Shown piece after piece: positions 8,322-11,123 of a stretch of 11,123 nucleotides of DNA. The stretch comes from Candidatus Iainarchaeum sp. (GTDB lineage: Archaea > Iainarchaeota > Iainarchaeia > Iainarchaeales > JAGVWC01): the NCBI GenBank assembly GCA_018304465.1, contig JAGVWC010000003.1:1-11123 (forward strand), written 5' to 3'. Below the pieces are notes generated by a model. That model saw nothing but the letters and a program-made list of their open reading frames with translations, was not told the origin of the DNA and did no database searches. Position 1 is the first letter of the stretch; every line of letters starts with the position of its first letter. The translations under genes and the position numbers were made by a program.

Positions 8322-8600
8322 ATGAACATTCCAAAGAGCGTTTCAATGTATTGTCCGAACTGCAAAAAGCACACGGACCACAAAATGCGCCTGTTCAAGA
8401 CCGGCCAAGCGCGCGCCATGTCCAAAGGAACGCGACGCATGCAGCGAAAACACAAATCCGGGTACGGCGGAAAAACAAAATTTCCCGCGTACGTCAAAAA
8501 ACAGAACAAACGCCCGACGTTTGTCGCCGAATGCGAAACCTGCAAGAAAAAAATTTCGTTTGTCATCAACAAGCGCATGAAGAAAGCCGAACTGGTTTAA
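8322..8600 (+). CDS. rpl44e: 50S ribosomal protein L44e (eL42)
   Basis: 92 aa, basic. YCPNCKKHTDH zinc knuckle, GYGG motif and C-terminal ECETCKK, all characteristic of eL42. Confidence 0.96.
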   Translation: MNIPKSVSMYCPNCKKHTDHKMRLFKTGQARAMSKGTRRMQRKHKSGYGGKTKFPAYVKKQNKRPTFVAECETCKKKISFVINKRMKKAELV

Positions 8601-8631
8601 ACACCGCTTTCTTTCCCTTTTTTACTTTTCG

Positions 8632-8814
8632 GTGGATTCTTTTGGTTTATGCCGGTCCGCCGATCGTTCCCCGGTTCAAATCGCCAAACTGTGTCAAGAC
8701 CACTCGATTTACATGACCATCCAGCACCAAAGCCCGAATTATTTTGCGGCGTGGATTTCAAAACCCTCAATTTCTCCGCGAATACAACGGCAAAAAGCAA
8801 AAAAGAAAAAATAA
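8632..8814 (+). CDS. Possible small hypothetical protein or gene remnant (60 aa)
   Basis: Fills the gap between rpl44e and the convergent ORF ending at 8816 without overlap. Codon style resembles the neighbouring + strand genes. No family recognised. Confidence 0.3.
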   Translation: MDSFGLCRSADRSPVQIAKLCQDHSIYMTIQHQSPNYFAAWISKPSISPRIQRQKAKKKK

Positions 8815-8815
8815 T

Positions 8816-9082
8816 TCACTTTTTGTTTTCTTTCAAAAGTTTTCGCGCGGCCGCGGCATGAAACCGTGTTTTTTTCAATAGCCTCTTTCGTCGGTTTTCA
8901 TACACCGTTTTCAATCGATCGTTTTTCCGGTTGGCCAGAAAAAATTCTTCTTCGAGTCGGTTAATCTGGAGATTTCGGGCTTCGCGGATATGATACGCGG
9001 CTTCCTCCGAAATAACCGGAATGTTTTTCGATGGATGCGGTTTTTTCCGGGTAACTCCACGGGACAAAATTCTATTGGACAC
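8816..9082 (-). CDS. Small highly basic hypothetical protein (~88 aa)
   Basis: Part of track ORF 8816..9136. GTG 9082 is the preferred start because TTTTTAAT (9112-9105 on -) lies about 23 nt upstream and this start avoids collision with the divergent gene. Arg/Lys-rich and helical-looking. Confidence 0.55.
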   Translation of the reverse strand: MSNRILSRGVTRKKPHPSKNIPVISEEAAYHIREARNLQINRLEEEFFLANRKNDRLKTVYENRRKRLLKKTRFHAAAARKLLKENKK

Positions 9083-9104
9083 AGTCTTTTTCAGTACCGT
9101 TTTG

Positions 9105-9112
9105 ATTAAAAA
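9105..9112. promoter_or_regulatory. Shared TATA-like box between divergent start codons
   Basis: ATTAAAAA/TTTTTAAT is centred between GTG 9082 (-) and ATG 9136 (+). Confidence 0.5.
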
Positions 9113-9135
9113 GTATTTGCCCCGGCAAATTAACA

Positions 9136-9945
9136 ATGACCACTAAGAACTCAGTATTGTTAATCGTTAAGCAGTTTCCCGGAATCGAATACAACGGCGT
9201 CCTCAACAAGATTTCAGGCAACTACGGCAGCGTCAATTCCGCGCGCGCAGCCTTGTCCCGTGCCCTAAAAGACATGAATGCCCTGGGCTGGATTGCCAAA
9301 CGCGACAACCACTGGTTTGTCACGGACAAAGGACAGCTGATCCTCAATTCCGAAATGAAAAACAAACTGTTGTTCCGATTAAACCAAACCGTTCACGAAG
9401 AATCGCTTTCCGAAATCGATTCCATTGTCGAACAACTCTCCATTCTCATCGAACGAAGCAAAAACGACCCCGACTTGCTTAAAGCCGCCAAAAACGCGAT
9501 TCGCTTTTCGCTTTCGGATTTATCGTCGATATCCGAAAAAGTAAAAGCCCGCCAATCGCAACTCTTGTATCTTTCCGAAGTACTGGAAAAACAAATCAAA
9601 TCCCTTCAAGAACTGGATTTTTTCGACACGCGCATGGTTTCTCCGCGCGAAAAAACCCTTTCGTTGCTCCAAGACATCGCGTCCAAAACCAACGCTTCCG
9701 AATTATTCCTAAGCGCGGCTCCGATGGTCATCGAACCCCTGGCCGCGCAACTCAACGAAAAACCCGCGCAAGACAACTTAACGATCACCCAAAAAAATTT
9801 CCCCGCGTTTTTCGATTACCTTGCCGGACAATTTCAACAAGAACAATTATTGCCCTTGACGATTACCGTTGCTCCGTACACGATTCGCATCACGAACACC
9901 CAAGCCAGCGTGACGGCGCCATACGCCAAGCTACACGAATTATAA
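9136..9945 (+). CDS. Hypothetical protein with N-terminal winged helix-turn-helix-like domain and central coiled coil; putative DNA-binding protein
   Basis: 269 aa. The N-terminus LLIVKQFPGIEYNGVL...AALSRALKDMNALGWIAKRDNHWFVTDKGQLIL follows the wHTH pattern (recognition helix, G-W-I, wing, TxKG). Heptad-like segment at about aa 125-160. Confidence 0.8.
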   Translation: MTTKNSVLLIVKQFPGIEYNGVLNKISGNYGSVNSARAALSRALKDMNALGWIAKRDNHWFVTDKGQLILNSEMKNKLLFRLNQTVHEESLSEIDSIVEQLSILIERSKNDPDLLKAAKNAIRFSLSDLSSISEKVKARQSQLLYLSEVLEKQIKSLQELDFFDTRMVSPREKTLSLLQDIASKTNASELFLSAAPMVIEPLAAQLNEKPAQDNLTITQKNFPAFFDYLAGQFQQEQLLPLTITVAPYTIRITNTQASVTAPYAKLHEL

Positions 9946-9946
9946 T
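9936..9946 (+). promoter_or_regulatory. BRE/TATA-like promoter of tRNA-Gly
   Basis: CGAATTATAAT lies about 25 nt upstream of the tRNA 5' end and overlaps the stop codon of the preceding gene. Confidence 0.5.
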
Positions 9947-9969
9947 CTTTTTTCCCCGCATTTTTTCAC

Positions 9970-10112
9970 GCGTCCGTAGTCTAATGGTATGATAGGAGCT
10001 TCCCAACAGCCTTTTTTTGAAAAAGGCTGGCGAAAAACGCGGGAACCTTTTTCAAAGGTTCTTGCGAAAAAGGAAACAGCTTCTGATCCGGGTTCAATTC
10101 CCGGCGGACGCA
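9970..10112 (+). tRNA. tRNA-Gly (anticodon CCC) with a 72-nt intron at position 37/38 (10006-10077); CCA not encoded
   Basis: Acceptor stem GCGTCCG/CGGACGC plus discriminator A. D-arm GTC-TAATGGTAT-GAT. Anticodon stem GGAGC/GCTTC with loop TT-CCC-A|A. T-arm CCGGG-TTCAATT-CCCGG. Central splice helix TTCC/GGAA with an AC|A bulge. Spliced length 71 nt. Confidence 0.95.
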
Positions 10113-10166
10113 ATTAAAAAAAATGGTCTGAATTCGATTTCCACTCCCTTTTTTTTGGGTGTGTTT

Positions 10167-10634
10167 TCACTTCACTTGTCCCACGACCACCACATAGTTT
10201 TTTCCGTATTTTTTCGCGCAGTTTGGACACGTCGTATACCACATGAACCACTTCTTGATTTCAAAACCCTGTTTTTTCGCGTACTGTTTGAAATCCTCGC
10301 ACCACTTGCCCGTGTCCTGAAAAGGCCCCTCGTACACTTTGCTCAGAAACTTTCCGCTCAAAAAAACGTTTTCCGCTCCGGGAATCTCCCGATCCACGGC
10401 GCAATACAAATCCATGTTCCAGTTCGACGTGTGATCGGACAACGACAAATAATCCTGTATTTTCGCATTGGCTCCGTCGATTTTTTTTATCAACCGCGTG
10501 ACGACTCCGCCAAAATTAAGCGGTATGAAAAAAAACGTTAACACGTGATCCTTCACGAAACGTTTTTCGCTCCACTCCAATACTTTTCCATCCCACGGAA
10601 CGGGATCAAACTTCGGGCAACATTCTTCGGTCAT
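10167..10634 (-). CDS. Conserved protein usually annotated 'hydrolase'; GyrI-like small-molecule-binding fold likely
   Basis: 155 aa. N-terminal ECCPKFDPxPWD, central KVYEGPF..W and C-terminal YTTCPxCAKKYGKNYVV match a family I recognise from bacteria and archaea (recall, not searched). GGGGTGGGG RBS-like sequence upstream. Confidence 0.85.
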   Translation of the reverse strand: MTEECCPKFDPVPWDGKVLEWSEKRFVKDHVLTFFFIPLNFGGVVTRLIKKIDGANAKIQDYLSLSDHTSNWNMDLYCAVDREIPGAENVFLSGKFLSKVYEGPFQDTGKWCEDFKQYAKKQGFEIKKWFMWYTTCPNCAKKYGKNYVVVVGQVK

Positions 10635-10672
10635 ATTTTTTTCCCCACCCCACTTCGCTTAGGGCCCTCTGA

Positions 10673-10688
10673 TAAATAAATCTTTCCG
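10673..10688 (-). promoter_or_regulatory. BRE plus TATA promoter for the 10167..10634 gene
   Basis: The minus strand reads CGGAAAGA-TTTATTTA about 40 nt upstream of ATG 10634. Confidence 0.55.
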
Positions 10689-10758
10689 AACCGGTTTCAT
10701 CGGTTTTTTAAGCTGGGCTGAATATATTACAAATATCCATTAGATTTTGATGATTTGC

Positions 10759-10926
10759 ATGTCCGTCAACAAAGAATGGCATCAAAGCCACAGAATGCCC
10801 TCGAATCCGTCTTTGGATCAGCGCATGGCTTGGCACCAAGAACACGTTCAAAATTGTTCTTGCGCGCCAATCCCCGAAAAACTCAAACAAGAAATAAAAA
10901 ACCAAAAAACAAAGGAATCCAAATGA
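10759..10926 (+). CDS. Small His/Cys-rich conserved hypothetical protein (55 aa), putative metal-binding
   Basis: Hand translation: MSVNKEWHQSHRMPSNPSLDQRMAWHQEHVQNCSCAPIPEKLKQEIKNQKTKESK*. Below the 60-aa cutoff of the track. Its stop overlaps the next start (ATGA). AATATATTA box at 10721-10729; alternative ATG at 10750. Confidence 0.85.
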   Translation: MSVNKEWHQSHRMPSNPSLDQRMAWHQEHVQNCSCAPIPEKLKQEIKNQKTKESK

Positions 10927-11123
10927 GCGCTTCGATTTCCATTACGTTTTTCGTTCATGGCACCTCCGTTGACAACGAAAACGAGGTTTCTTCCGGATGG
11001 CACGACGCGGAACTATCGCTTCTTGGAATCAAACAATCCATCGAATTGCGAAAACAAGTCGCTTCACAACACTTTGACGTGGTTTTTTGCTCCGATCTAC
11101 AACGGGCTTTAGACTCGGCTAAT
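10923..11123 (+). CDS. Histidine phosphatase (phosphoglycerate mutase-like) family protein, 3'-partial
   Basis: Hand translation: MSASISITFFVHGTSVDNENEVSSGWHDAELSLLGIKQSIELRKQVASQHFDVVFCSDLQRALDSAN. It shows the HG, SGWxD..L...G..Q and SDLxRA motifs and runs off the window. Confidence 0.9.
   Translation, partial: MSASISITFFVHGTSVDNENEVSSGWHDAELSLLGIKQSIELRKQVASQHFDVVFCSDLQRALDSAN

Noticed and set aside
8645-8730. tRNA-like GGTTCAAATC and possible minus-strand stems
   Set aside because: No T-stem or cloverleaf can be built; the stems are short and compatible with chance.
10017-10541. 174-aa + strand ORF starting in the tRNA intron (possible intron-encoded protein)
   Set aside because: It runs through the tRNA 3' exon and antisense to the hydrolase gene; no endonuclease motifs.
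10708-10905. 65-aa minus-strand ORF
   Set aside because: Antisense to the more convincing 55-aa His/Cys protein.
1-11123. CRISPR array, IS element, integrase or diversity-generating retroelement
   Set aside because: No regularly spaced repeats, terminal inverted repeats, transposase, recombinase or reverse transcriptase motifs seen.

Overview
Archaeal genomic window. The evidence is an eL42/L44e ribosomal protein, a tRNA with a BHB-type intron, TATA/BRE-like promoters and a COG1750-type S16 protease; compact organisation and gene content suggest a DPANN lineage (inference). In order: a partial minus-strand secreted beta-helix/Ig-like surface protein missed by the ORF track; a possibly structured intergenic element; a membrane-anchored Lon-type (S16) protease; a 995-aa SMC ATPase; a multi-pass membrane protein; rpl44e; small orphan ORFs; a winged-helix/coiled-coil protein; tRNA-Gly(CCC) with a 72-nt intron; a GyrI-like 'hydrolase'; an untracked 55-aa His/Cys protein; and a partial histidine phosphatase. 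The standout is the SMC. It has condensin-type (Smc) head and neck motifs but no hinge domain, and carries a Rad50-type CPTC zinc hook at its midpoint, with neither scpA nor mre11 recognisable in the window.
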